Shown in pieces: positions 49,204 through 62,900 of a stretch of 64,000 bases of DNA (positions are counted from its first letter, which is position 1; every line of letters begins with the position of its first letter). Where the stretch lies: the NCBI GenBank assembly GCA_973895155.1, contig OZ316892.1:12030238-12094237 (forward strand), in the 5' to 3' direction. The notes under the pieces are model-generated. The model was not told the DNA's origin. It ran no database searches and saw nothing but the letters and a program-made list of their open reading frames with translations. Origin of the DNA: Marsupella aquatica (lineage: Eukaryota; Plantae; Marchantiophyta). The translations under genes and the position numbers were made by a program.

Positions 49204-49776
49204 CTACAGCGTGTGATCCAAACATGTGTAGACACCAAAGTGACCGGTGGTGGGGTCTGGGAGGGCAAGACAAGTGACATTGCCAGGCACACTGCAGGAT
49301 GGCGAGTGGTTCCAGATGATACATTGTGCTCTGTGAAAAAACCGACATCCAAGAGAACGGTCATCCAACTCTAGGCCAGAAGCCCTACAGGCAGGACAGT
49401 CATACTGGCAACTGTGCACACACCCTTGGGCCCTAATTTGTGGCGGGTCATGTACGAGAGACAAAAATACCAAGGATGTTGGGAAGGGTGGAGAAGCAGG
49501 TACAGGGCGGCTGTAGTTATTCCTGGCAACAATTGGGTACTCAAAGTACCATGCAGACTGGGCTGGAAGGATCCCAAGTCTGACATACTCAAGGCGCAAC
49601 ATCTCTGCCTTGCGTGCAAGCCGCACATGTTCAGCATTGCGGGTCCTCACCATAAGTGTTGCTTTTGTGGAGTGTCGTGTGTTCACGTCCTCTGATAAGC
49701 ACCTTCGATCAGCAAGGTGAGCAGGAGCTGTACTTGCCTCACCAACAGCAACCAACCTTAAATTATCAGTTCCCAC
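49204..49776 (-). CDS. Possible further cargo ORF, Cys/His-rich C-terminus, unknown function
   Basis: 190-codon ORF co-oriented with the cargo row; non-ATG start in the track, so it would need an upstream exon; no recognised domain. Confidence 0.25.
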   Translation of the reverse strand: MGTDNLRLVAVGEASTAPAHLADRRCLSEDVNTRHSTKATLMVRTRNAEHVRLARKAEMLRLEYVRLGILPAQSAWYFEYPIVARNNYSRPVPASPPFPTSLVFLSLVHDPPQIRAQGCVHSCQYDCPACRASGLELDDRSLGCRFFHRAQCIIWNHSPSCSVPGNVTCLALPDPTTGHFGVYTCLDHTL

Positions 49777-52700
49777 TCACTGTGTCATTCCATTGGTTCC
49801 AGCTAGGGGTCACAATGTAAACATAGCATGAAACACTCTTAATCAACTTGCTTACAAACTACAATATCCAGAAAGAGTGAAAGTCTCACCCTCCAGTGAG
49901 CAGTAGAGAGGTAGTTCACTGGATGTGTTGATGTGCAGTTAAACCTCCACTATTGCTTACTTCTGGTGTATGCTGCTCAGTCGGAGACATATTAGTAGCA
50001 GCAAATTGCAAATAATGGCCATAAGCAAACCGTGAGAGTTTGCAGAATGCTACGACAACTATTCATCCATCACAACAGTGCTCCACAGGAATGAAACCAA
50101 GCAAAATTTGGTGACCTCGGCCAATGACAAGGCCAATGTAGTTCACAATCCTTGACCGATCAGGATATGGATTGGAATTACAATTAGTCAGCTCTTCTTC
50201 TTTGTTTCCTAACTCTGGGGGAAATGAGCATGACAAGGGAATTCTCTGAGAAATAGAAGTGCACAGGGAAAATGAAATTGACTCATTGAGCTGCGCAAGA
50301 TGACCACTACAGCATACTTGGACAGTAGGTTCCGCAATCCATAAAATCCCCGTCTGACGTATTTAAGCAGTGCAATTTAAGCAGTCAGATGCTACATAGC
50401 AATTAAGCACAAAGGCTACTTCATGTCTGTTTACATAGAATTTTGGATTGAAGTAATGAGAGCTATACATTTAAACTTACGGTGCCAACTCCGTCAGTAG
50501 TTGCTGAAAATGGCATGGGAAACACTGGTATGACAGGAACTCAAGGAAACATTTGCGGCAATGTCTTCACAGGAAAAGAAGAATTGCTAAGTACAGTATT
50601 CTTAATAGTAGTTTCGTTCTAATTCTGAAATCTACACATAGGACGGAAACCCAGGACATTTCTCATGAAAATTGAAGATCCATTCGACAACTCCATGACA
50701 GCCTATTCCGCATTGTGTCCGTCCCATGCAAGCAAGGGGTGTTCAGCCGAGCTTAGTCTAACCACGAATGATTGTTCTGGAAGCAGTTGCGATAATGTTT
50801 TGGTAATTTTCTCCTATATCCAACTCAGTAGCTCACAAACATGGCATTGGACCCATTAAAAAATTATACTTGCCATCATTCTCAACTGTATTACATGGCC
50901 CACACTGCTGATGTCCCTGACTCTTAAGGGAAACTCATCTCCTGGGCCAGCAACATCTCAGATTCTACAAAAATGAGAAACTGTGAAGACTTATTGAAGT
51001 CATATCCTGTGATTGTAGCATGTATGATTTGCTGGGACTACAAGCAGTTCTAGATCCTGCTGCACTTTATATACAACAGCAACCTGAGCTACATGAACTT
51101 GTTTTTAATAGACGTGCGTTTGACCACGGCTACAACTCCAAAACAATCAGTCACCCAATCAAATCATAACAAACCCACCCGCAAGCTGAATGTAGAGGAT
51201 AGAGATAGAGAAAATCACCGGGGCAATGAAGTTGGATCACAGGGTGCAAAACTAGTACTCAACAGGGTAAGACCGATCACAGCAAACAAAGCACAGAGCT
51301 AGACCAACAAAACTCCAGCAAAGATAGTGTCATGTCCATTTATTTGTAGGGAATGAAGTCGGATCGCAGAGTGTAAAACCAGTAGGGTAAGACAGATCAC
51401 AACAAACAAAGCTAACACAACAAAGCACATAGAGGAACAAAACTCCAGCAAGACATAAATTAGACCTCGCAGCTTTTTGACTAGCAAAGGGAGATAGTCT
51501 ACGCTTTCCATTGCTGGTCACAGCGCGACGGGCAATCAGGATGATGCCATGCCGAGTAGAAGAACAACAAAGCATTCTATAAAAAGCATTGAGGTTGGCG
51601 TTATAGTAAAAGTGGTAGTACTTCCAGTAGCGCGACCAACTCGCTAAGTGACAGTCCGAAGTAGCTTACCTCCGAGAAGAAAGCCAGAGCAGTTTAGCAG
51701 AAATCCCCAAGAAAATCCCCACTCTGAAGATGGTAAGCTTGCAGTTGCTCCCCCGGGTGCTCCCCTCAACCTCGCCACTTCTATTCTGAGCAGCGCAGGT
51801 CTTCTCCACCCTCTCACCTTGCACCTACTGAACAAGTGACCAGCACTATCCACTCCCACCGCAACTGTGGACGGTCCCTAAAAAAATGTAGATGATAGCG
51901 ACCAATAGACAAAGGATTACAGGCGTAGACCTGGCAAAAATCTTCTTCCGAAAAGCTTTCCTCAGCCCGATTCTTGTGCACATCAGAAAAAACTCAAACC
52001 ATTTAGAAATGAGATCACAGATTACTCTTGACAATCTAAAAAATGCCACAACCTAAGCACTCATAGCTCCGTCCCCCCATTCTAATTTCTCTGACGAGTT
52101 TGCCTTAAAGCACATCCACTCGCGGTTCAAGCAGATTCAGAATCATCATAGACAATAGAGTGTTCCACCATAGCCCACGGTAGGTCCACGACCATCATAA
52201 CCAACCCTCACACCCAGCTCCCTCAATACCCACAGCTCCGCCCAGCTCCGCGCCTACCGGGGTTTATTAGTATTGCTCACTTTTAAGAAAGGCAGTTTTC
52301 TCAAAAGCAGTCTAATTGCCTAGACGGCACTAGAAAAGTTGGAGGCAATATCACAGCGGAGCATTCTGCGTCTAAGGGCCAGCGACGAGTTGCAAAGGTG
52401 GTTTAACCTCGTTCTGAGTCAAGACTAAAAGCTTTAGATCCAGCCATTCCGCGATTCCTTAAAGAAAACCCGTGATGGACATGCAATGTTGTGCTACTGC
52501 AATGAACAGAGTAAGGCAATGCAGTGGTCATCGTAGCTATGAAGAAGAAATGGTAGTGGAAAGTCTAGCTCAAACAATGGAGTGTATGAATCAGCGCTCA
52601 AGAAGGTCACCTGAAAGTTGCGCGTACAGCTTGAAGATGGAGCAGCCCAATCGGCTTCCAATCGATGAGCAACGAGCACAACTCCACTGTGAGTAGACTG

Positions 52701-55099
52701 TCTTTGCAATGCCTCCGCGAGCTTAAGGAGCCACTACAGTCCACCTTCCGCAACAATCGCCTTCCGCATGGATCGCCTTCCTCAGCGATTTCCTTCCGTA
52801 GTCCACCTTCTGCAGGAGCATGCAAGTCCACCTTCCGCAGCAGCAGGTTGGTCACTTGTGGATTAGTCAAACTTGGAACCTTAGCTCTCCTCCCACCAAA
52901 CTCCCACCACTGTCCGACCACACAAGCTTTGGTCCGCAACCGCAATGGCGCACAACTCCTCCCCTCAGCTAAACCCTCAGCGCCTCAGTCCCCAGATCAC
53001 AGCTCCTCCCGGACTGCAACTCACTGAAAACGTAAGCACTCAGGATTGCCCTTGACAATGTTGCCGTTGCGCTACACATTGCCCTTTCGCAGCCACAACC
53101 TTCTTCGCCCTACCAGCACAACCCTCTTCGCCCTACCATCACATTACGCGCGGGAAGGGAAGTCTGCAATCATCGCAAAAGTGGGCAACATGAAAAAGGA
53201 AAACCCTACGTAAAACCCCGAACCTTGGACCCCTCACGTTCTAAGTCCAATGACGATGGCCCGAACACTCCAAAGTCACTCCCAAAGTGAAGTTTAGTGC
53301 CTCTTTACCAAATTAGGGGACTTAAGTCATTAAGGGGAGCCTTACCGTTTGAGTGAGCCGTTGAGTGTCACCCAAAGTGAGAGTTGAGTGTCACCCAAAG
53401 TGAGACACCACTACAAAGTGTTACTGCATGGCCATCTTGGATATGTTACTGATTTTTCTTGGCTTGGAAAACTTCAATAAAGCGGGATCATGCTAGCCCA
53501 AAAATCTTGGGTATGCGTGCACACCGGTTCTTGGCTTGGCAAACTTGAATAGAATGGGATGTTGGTGAAGCCCAGCACCCTTTGGAAAACCCCAAACGCC
53601 CAACCCAGGACCCCACCCCCTTGCTTAGGCCACCAAGTAATCAATGAGATTCTCCCGTGCCCACAAGTTAAGCGTTAACCCACACCCTTAAACTTGATTA
53701 GGGTAAGAAGGCCCTTACCGTTGGGGTGTGAAGTTGACCACAACGACTCTAAATGTGAAGCATAAGCCCCTCACCCCGTGAAGATGTAACCCCCCCCCCC
53801 CACGCTTGACATATAAACCCCCCTAAACCCCATTTAGTGACCCCCCACACCCTTGACATATAACCGGCACACCCTTGAGATATCACTAGTACAAAACAAG
53901 GTTCTTTATGACCGCAATAATGACTATTTATATGGTCTTTTCAACAAAACAATGACGCAGTCATTCTCGTCTTTCCAGACGCGTCACAACGGACATTTTG
54001 GTCACGGTCGTTTCGGACAAATGACGCAAAAAACATGTGGTCATTTTACACCGTCTGAAATGACTTAATTTATGATTTGGTCATAAATGGTGAACGGTCT
54101 GAAATGACCAAAAAACCACCGTCAACGGTCAATCACCGTTCACCGTCGATTGTATCCGTACCCAATTATATAATGCCACGTGGCAATTAAAAAACAAAGA
54201 TCATTTGTCATTTTGGACTTGTCCAAAATGACGCACAATATGTAACAAATCAAGGAGTGACATGTGGCTCAAAGGATTTTAACCATGTGGCAATAAATTT
54301 GGGTCATTTTGGACGTGTCCAAAATGACTACATTATAGACAAGTCATATATAGACACATGGTTAAATTGGGAAGAAACGCGTAGAGATACACACTGGTCA
54401 TTAATGACATGTCTGGAATGACTTGAAAAGAGTCATATTGGACACATTTATATATGTCTATAATGACCATAAGATCAATCATTTTATATGTCAGTAAGGC
54501 TATGTCTTTAATGACTTGAGGTGGGTCATATATTGGATGCAATTACAGAAGTTCATGATGACCATTAGATCAATCATTTTATATGTCATTCAAGTCATGT
54601 ATTCAATGACTTGGAGTTATACAAATTTAAATGGTCATATTGGACAAAAATTCATGTCCCATACACTACAAAGTCATTCAATAGATTTGCTGAATGAAAC
54701 ACTAAAGAGACATTCTATACCTAATGAATCCAATTGATATTCATACAAGATACATTCTTAAGTCCCACAATAGTTATTGAACACAATAGTTATTCAACTC
54801 AATGCAAATTTATGAAGAAAACAGACATTGAGAAAAAGCATACACAATATTATTAGATGTATATCAAGTGCTGCAATCTGAAATACCTAACAACTCTGAA
54901 TGTGTGTAGAAAAACAAAGTTGTCATTCTCATTCTACAAAACCTACTTCTATCATGTCTAGTGTTTCTTGGCCCATGGCTGCTTCTACTGCTTCTTGAGC
55001 AATCTAGAGTTCCACAGGGCATTCATCCCCTTCACATGAGATAACTTAGACTGGTTCTCCCCAGCATTAGCAAATGACAATGCCACATCTACAAACACT

Positions 55100-55900
55100 T
55101 CAATCACACGCACTCAGAAGAAAGGACCATCCATGTAGTCATCATGCTTGCCAACTCCTTCATAGTGCCTTTCAACTCATCAACATCCAATTTCACAACC
55201 CCAATGGCACTGATCTCTTCTTTTGAATGTGGGGTCTGTAAATGACTCACAAGCCAACACAACATTCTCACTGTCAAACTAACAAGAATTTGATCACAGC
55301 AAGATGTGTATTGAAGCAAAGGCAATCCTATATGTCACACACAGAACTTGTAAGTTCGTAGCTGATCATGAATTTTTCTTTGCAGTCACCATAAACCATA
55401 AAAACCAGGTGCCACAAAATATACCACATGAGGAAGCGGGATCAGAGACTTACAGAGGGGTCAGACACTTCATGCTGGTGGATGTAGCTACGATGTGATT
55501 CAAAAACCCAGTTACATCTTGAATTGAAGTAGTGACAGCCACCTCCAAGGACAACAACCAAATAAGAAAGCATGATATTAGATAACTGTAGAACTATTGA
55601 TTTTGTGATAACCATTTACTGCTAAGATTAAAACATACCAACTTACAACATAGTTGGGCAGAGCCTTGGGTGGTAGAGCTCTTACAACTTGCTTGTTCAG
55701 TCGAGTCCCCTTCCTTAGCAACTGTGAAAAATGGAAGCTCGCCAAGTGATTGTTAATGGTCAAAATTCCACCCTCCACTTCAGACAAAGATAGGTAGTAC
55801 CCCCAATGATCCATAGAGCACAAGTGCATACCTTAGAAGACCAATCTGTCAAGTCCAGCTAAGAGAAAATTAAGTAGTAACTCTCTGACTTTAGCTGGAA
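55100..55900 (-). pseudogene. Degraded Ulp1/C48-like peptidase fragment in CACTA 3
   Basis: Minus strand reads ..HLCSMDHWGYYL (His motif) and downstream DPASSCGIFCGTW (Cys motif); frames are broken. Ulp1-like genes are known passengers of plant DNA transposons. Confidence 0.35.
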
Positions 55901-58900
55901 TAAATTTGAATATTTTGCACATCTCATTGCTGGCTTAGTTTGAATGACGTATCTTCTATGACATAATTACAAAATATGATACAGGCCCAAGTTTTGCATG
56001 GGATTGTGCACACAAAACTATTCAGAGATGATCATCACCATGTGCATGCCAAACAAGATAGGAGATTCCTAGCATAAAGTAATACACACAGCTGCTGCAG
56101 ACCGTTCTCAACACTTCTTCAAAATACAAGATTCTTGATGATAACCAAAAGTGGCCCAGTTTCTTTGAAAATGACCTATGCTCGTGATGTATTGGTCGCC
56201 TTTGAAAATAGTGAGAATAACAAAATAGAATTTAAGAAATGAGGAAAGCCAAACCAAACAATTCAAGATGAGATATGCGGGCGCTACATCACTATGTGGC
56301 CTACCTGTTATGGATTTCTGGCCACTCGTGTTGGGACAGGGTGTCAATTTTTTCTACAGGGCCTCCACCTTTGTTTAAAGCTCCACAGCCTGAAATAACC
56401 ACTTCCAAACATTACCAAGAAAAACAATTATTCTTCACGCACAACGGTCTCCACCATAAAACCAAAATAAGATTACTACAATTATTCTCCAGGCACAACC
56501 GCTTGCACCAATAGGGCACTGCTTCAATCATTACCACACATATTGTTATTGAAGAAGTCACCACACAAATTTACGTAGGCTGCAAGTCCTGGGTGAGAGC
56601 TGCAAAACATATAATAAAACTTCTGAGATTGAAAACTGTTCAAGATTTATTCTTCGCAGGACTTTTCCAAAAAGTGTGAGCGGAGCTGCAACGATGTAAG
56701 CTTTTCAGATTAAAAAATGTTTGCATCATCAAAAAGTGCTTTTCTAAAAGATGGGAGTATTGTATAGTTCTATAATCAAACGTAGAGCTACAGTGATGTA
56801 AGCTTTTGAGATTGAATAACTATTTGAGATTACAAAAATGTTCCCATCCCGAAGAAGGGCGTTTCTAAAAGATGTGAGTAGTACTGTACATTCCTGTAAT
56901 CAAAAGTCAAAAACATCCACTATATTGGAACCAAAATTATCACAGGATTCTTGTCACATAGCTATCATATCACATAGCTTGAATGATTCCTCTAGCACTT
57001 AGGTAGAAGTCCACGACACAATCCATGCCAGACCAAGTGGGTCCGCTAGTACCTACTATGTCATGCAGGAGGAATGAAATGCTAGACCAAGTGGGTCCGC
57101 TAATACTTACTATGTCATGCAGGCACAACAGCAGCAGCAGGCCAAGAGCTTCCAAGTTCCAATGCTGAAAGGTTTCTATTAAAAGGTCATATATTGCAAT
57201 CTGTGGGACCGAACTCTGACATTTGTAAAGAACAATTTTTAAGTCAGGTAAACTTAATTATTCCCAAGTATAGGGCGGTGACAATTGCATTTTCCATGCT
57301 TAACCTGGCTAGTCTACATGTAGAATCATTATTCCCAAAACATTCCACGGCAGTAGTAGTACGAAGCCAAAAAGGTTTCAAAGATCTTGAGGGGAAAATA
57401 ATCCAGATTGAGAATACAACGCGGAGCTTTGATCCTTCTCGGTTTTGTAATATCATAAAACACTGACTAAACTAATCTGCTCACATAGAAATATGATCCG
57501 TTTCTACCAACACTGACCCCGAAAAGAGTATAAAGCCAGATTTCTTGCCTTCAAATTCTCAGACATTAAAATCAATCATATCTCTCATAATTGGAACTTA
57601 TAGTAGTTTCCAATGTGTTTTCGTAGCCATCTGTCGGAACCGTTTTTGGCTTGTTGGCTGAATTGAGTGAGGCGCCGAACAATAGACCAATAGTACGTAA
57701 TTACTTGACTAGATGGGATTTAGTGAGGAATAGCTCCAGATACCATAGAATTGATCTGTACAATCTCACGCTAAATGCTGACGTTCAGATATATGACTGG
57801 CCAACTAGCAAATTAAGCAATAAACAATCAAAATCCAAGAGGCACTATAAGTTCTTGAATAGCCTTGGAATCAATACACGGTTAGAAACGTTGCTCCATA
57901 AATGCGGCTACCTCTGAAATGCAACAAAATCTATTCAATTGGGCTATTGGATTTTAGTTAGTGATGGACGTGTATGGCACTGCTTCTTGTGAAGACATAC
58001 AAAATGACGGATTGCTTTTCAATATATGATTCATGTGCCAATTCTTCTTTCCTAAAATTCTTTTAATTAGCGAAAAAAGCTAACATACCGTCTACAAAAG
58101 GGCTGGAAGTGCCGCTGCAAGCTGTGTCCTAGCTTGATCTGTTGCCAAAAAGTAGACCCGGAAGGCCTGCAATAATTGCAAGTGCTACGTCCTTTGCAGC
58201 CAAAGTGAGCCTGGAAGGCTTGCGATTGGAAGTGCTGCATCCTCGGCTGCTAAAATGAAACCAAAAGGCCTGTGACTAAAATTGTTGCATCCGTCCTTTG
58301 TCTCTACAATTGCAAATCTTGCTCTTGCCCAAAATTGTATATGCCTTGTCGACCTTGTAGCCCCTTCCTCCCCACTCAAAGGCTCTCAATCACAACTACC
58401 ATCGAAAGCAAAGCAATCACAAAGGCATTCTTGTGATTTTAGCTCCGACCGTTTGTGCCAATCAGGTTGTCAGCAATGCCACAGTATTGAAGTTGAGTGC
58501 GCCACTCTTCTTGGAGCCATCGTTTGTCTTGGCCAGACATTCTCCAGTCCAATAGTAGTCCTTGAGTGGGTCCTCCAATCGATTACCACCCTCGTTCATA
58601 ATCCTACTGATCAATTAGAAAATTTCAATCAGCAAGGTTTGAATCAAACCGTGAACTCAACAACACTAACACAGTGTATTGCCCTGCGCCCTACCCCCAG
58701 GGCCCTACCATTCCATCAATTTGTCCAAAACAAGAATGATGTGTTAAAACGCTACAACACAATCAGTGACGAAGGCATTCAAGCCTGAACTTTCTGAACT
58801 GTCCGATCCATCCACTCAGCACCAACAATAGGATTATACAAAGACTAGTCACACTGAAGCAATACTCCCAATCCACTGTGCGCAATGTTCACGTACAGCT

Positions 58901-59999
58901 ACATCTGCTTGTTCTTTTCAGACCTTCCACAAATCTAGATCGAGAGCATCGCAAACCACCATCAATCCCTCCCCACGCTCTCACAACTCTCCAACGGAAA
59001 GCTATGGCGGTCAGCGGCTGCTAAAGATGGGCATGAGGGACAATGTGCAGGAGGGAAGCGAGGTCACGTGGGAGGATTCAAATCCCTCTCACCAAGAACG
59101 TGCCCACGCCCCACCCCACCCGTGAAACCTACCCCAGACGGCCCGTGAACCTCCACTATGCCCAGAGTGCAGATTCAATAGCTTACAAAAATATTTAATT
59201 TTATATTTTGAGTTACATAACCCCTACTTTTATGCAATGACATGTGGACCAATATAAAAATGACACATGTTTTTGTTGACTATGTCACACCTTTCCTTAG
59301 AAATAAAAATAAAATTTTGAATGGATATAATAAGGCTTTTGTATTGTAATATACTAATCCAAGGTTAATATAATCCCTTCATTCAAAAAAAATGCATTAT
59401 GATTATTACAGGCCAATAAAATATAAATTACCTTCATGCGTGTAGGGGGGCTTCAGTATCTTTGTTGGGGCCCAGGGAATGGGTTCTCTACATAAGTGCA
59501 AGCATTTCAGATAGTAGAGATGTTGTGTAAAGTGGAATATCTCCAAACAAAGCTTTATTTGTAGAGAAACATTTTGTCCATCTACCAACTGAGTCACAAA
59601 CAATTAAATTTCCCTCTTGTTCCTCATTATTATTGAAACTTTGTGGCAAAGGTTAGCAAAGGAGACACTAAAGTTTAACACTCGCAAATTTAGTATTAAG
59701 CTTGCCTTAACAAGTTAATGATGTTTTTGCTTTGTTTTTGCTTATTTATTAGTACGTCCTGGTACGTTAAGAACTTGATAAAAACTCCCTACACTATGTT
59801 CATTTTGCAATAACCCAGGTGTAAGGCAGTTGATTTGTGGCCTTTGCTTTGTTTGTTTGGAGTATTAATATTGCTGACTATTGTCCTCATTCACCGCCCT
59901 AGTTAATCCATATTTCACCCATATTGTGGTGAATGGGACCATGGAGAAGAGGGGGCCAAAGGAAGACTAAAATTGGGACCAAAATAGCCATTAGGTATT

Positions 60000-62900
60000 G
60001 TTAATGCATGAAATAGTTGGGTATTCAGCATCAATGACCCCATTTTCTGTCATTGTATGGAATTTATGACACAACACACAAATGAGCCAATGAGGAACTG
60101 CATCCCTCCAAACAGAGCCTTTCCATTGTTTAGGGTTTAGGTTTACACTCTAAACTCTAAACACCTCTACCCCTAGCCCTGGCCAGTTGGGTCATTTTAA
60201 CCTATTTCCTCAATGACAGCATGAGGGACTCCTCTAATGACCCCATTTTGCGTGATTTGGTACTCCCATATCATAATCACAATGACATTATAGGAGGTCA
60301 TTATTTGACATTTCTGACGTAGAATTGTTCACAAATGGCCCAATGAAGCACAAGTACCTCCAAAAAGAGAACCCCCATATCCCAAAGTGCAGGTTTATGC
60401 CACAACTAATGGATGGAGAATAGTATACAGTAGAGTGTACTGCACCCGGAGGCAGGTTCCCAGCTCTATGTAGTACCACATTTATGACTCCACAAGGGAC
60501 CAATGTAATGACCACAAGTCTGGTCATTTGACCTATATGACATCCTATATGACCGTTTCAATGACCCTATTTGTAGTCATTGGCATTTATGACACAACTT
60601 TGTTCCAAAATGACCTAATAAAGATTACACTACCTCCCAGAGTGCCCCGTCACAATTTATTTGCAAAATATCCCCAAAATATCATATCCCCCATCCAAAC
60701 ACCATCACAAACATGACATAGTTAAATAGAAGGACCACAACCTTCCATTGGTGTTGCGCTACCTCTTGGAGAGAGAAAACAAATGGCTCGATTTGCCTTT
60801 GCAAATGATGGTATTAATCCTTGGTGACACTTTTGGCAAATCACCTCAAAGTTGTACGACTTGGGAATGATTTCCCCAAGGTTGCATCATGCCTTAAGTA
60901 AACATGAAAACATGTGTCCAAAATGTTCATGTAACTAACAACTAGTGGTTGGACAATGATGAGTATAGTGTCCCGCACCTAGTGGAGGGGTTACCACCTT
61001 CATGTAGGGCCCCATGGCGGGCCTCATGGCACATTGGGGCCCACCCAAAGTTCCTAGACCTAAAAGGGTCATTTCTACTGGTACATAATGACATCATGAG
61101 GGACCTGTCTAATGACCTCATATGCAGTCATTTTGTACAAATGACATCCAAAATGACTCCCAAAATGACCCTTAGTGTAGTCATTGGCACTAATGACACA
61201 ACATTACTCCAAAATAACCCAATGAAGATTACAACACCTACTCACAATGCCCCGACACTATTCATATGCAAAATGGAGTATCCCCATCAAAACATCAACA
61301 CAAAAATCACACACTTACATAGAAGGACAACAACCTTCCATTGATTGGTGACATTGCTTTACTTCTTGGAGAGACAAAACAAAAGGCTCAATTTGCCATT
61401 GATAATGATGGTATTCAACCACGGTGACACTTTTGGCAAATCACTCCAAATCTGTATGACTTGGGAGTGATTTCCCCAAGGTTCTATCATGCTTTAAGTA
61501 AACGCAAAAAGACGGCTCCAAAGTGTTCATGGCACAACTAGTGGTTGGACAATGATGATTATAGTGTCCCGCACCTAGTGGAGAGGTTGCCACCTTCATG
61601 CAAGGCCCCATGGCAGTCTAGGGCCCACTTCCAATCCTTAGCACCAAACTGGTCATTTATGTTGGTCCATAATGACACTATGAGGGACCTCTATAATGAC
61701 CACATATGCAGTCATTTGGTCCAAATGACCTGCAATATGACTGCCAAAATGACCCTTACTATTGTCATTGGCTTTAATGAACACCATTACTCGAATATGA
61801 CCTAGTGAAGATTACACTACCTGTTGGAGTGCCCCCTCGCATTTCCTTTGCAATGGAATAGAATATTCCCCACCCAAACACTGGCATAGATATGACACAG
61901 TTAAATAGAAGGACAACAACCTTCCCCTAGTTTTGCCCTACCTCTTGGAGAACAAGAAAACAACTATTATTTCACATGGTGAGACTTTTGGCAAATCACT
62001 CCAAAGCCGTATGACTTGGGAGTGATTTCCCCAAAGTTTCATCATGCCTTAGGTAAATGCAAAAATATGATTCAACATTAATTATGGTGCAACTAATGGT
62101 TGAAGAATAGTAAATATAATATCCCGCACCTAGTAGAGGGGTTTCCAGCCCCATGTGGGGCCACATGGCACTCTAGGGCCCACCTCCAGCACCTAGCCTC
62201 AAACTGGTCATTTATGTTTGTCTTCAATGACTCCACGAAGGACCCCCTCAAATAACAACAAATCCCGTCATTTGACTTATATGACATTCCATATGACGGT
62301 TTCAATGGTCAACCCTATTTGTAATCATTGGTATTTATGACATCATGTCATTGTTCACAAATGACCCAATGAAGGCCCTAGTACCGGGCCTAGTACCTCC
62401 AAAGAGAGCCCCCAATAGATTCCTTGCAAGGTTGGAATATTCCTCTTTCCTAAACCCGCACCCACACGATACAGGGAAGCACGACTCCCCTGCCCATTCC
62501 ATTGGTGCAGCACCACCTCTTGGAGAACCACAAAACAACCCTAAACCCCAAAGGTGCATCATGCCTTAAGTAAACACAAAAACATGTGTCCAAAGTGTTT
62601 ATGTCGCAACTAGTGGTTGGACAATGATGAGTATAGTGTCCCGCACCTAGTGGAGGGGTTCTCACCTCTATGTGGGGCCCCATGGCACTCTAGGGCCCAC
62701 CTCCAACCCCTAGCCCCAAAATGGTCATTTGTGCTTTTCCTTAATGACTGCATGAGGGACCCCTCAAATGACAATAATTCAGGTCATTCCGCTTATATGA
62801 CATGCAATGTGACCATTTTAATGACCTTTGTTGTAGTAATTGGCATTTATGACGGGCAATTGCTCACATATGACCCAATAAAGGCCCTAGTACCTCCAAA

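Larger units (their letters stand above)
37493..53883 (-). mobile_element. Large CACTA transposon 2 with cargo genes; the other end is not seen (probably interrupted by CACTA 3)
   Basis: CACTAGTAGAAA terminus at 37493, AACGACT/AGTCGT subterminal repeats, minus-strand TnpD and TnpA genes. The extent beyond ~48600 is inferred. Confidence 0.75.

Noticed and set aside
8752-53896. Pairing the TAGTG|ATAT end at 8763 with ATAT|CACTA at 53884 as one element
   Set aside because: The ends face away from each other and the TIRs differ (CACTAGTAG vs CACTAGTAC); the shared ATAT is probably chance.
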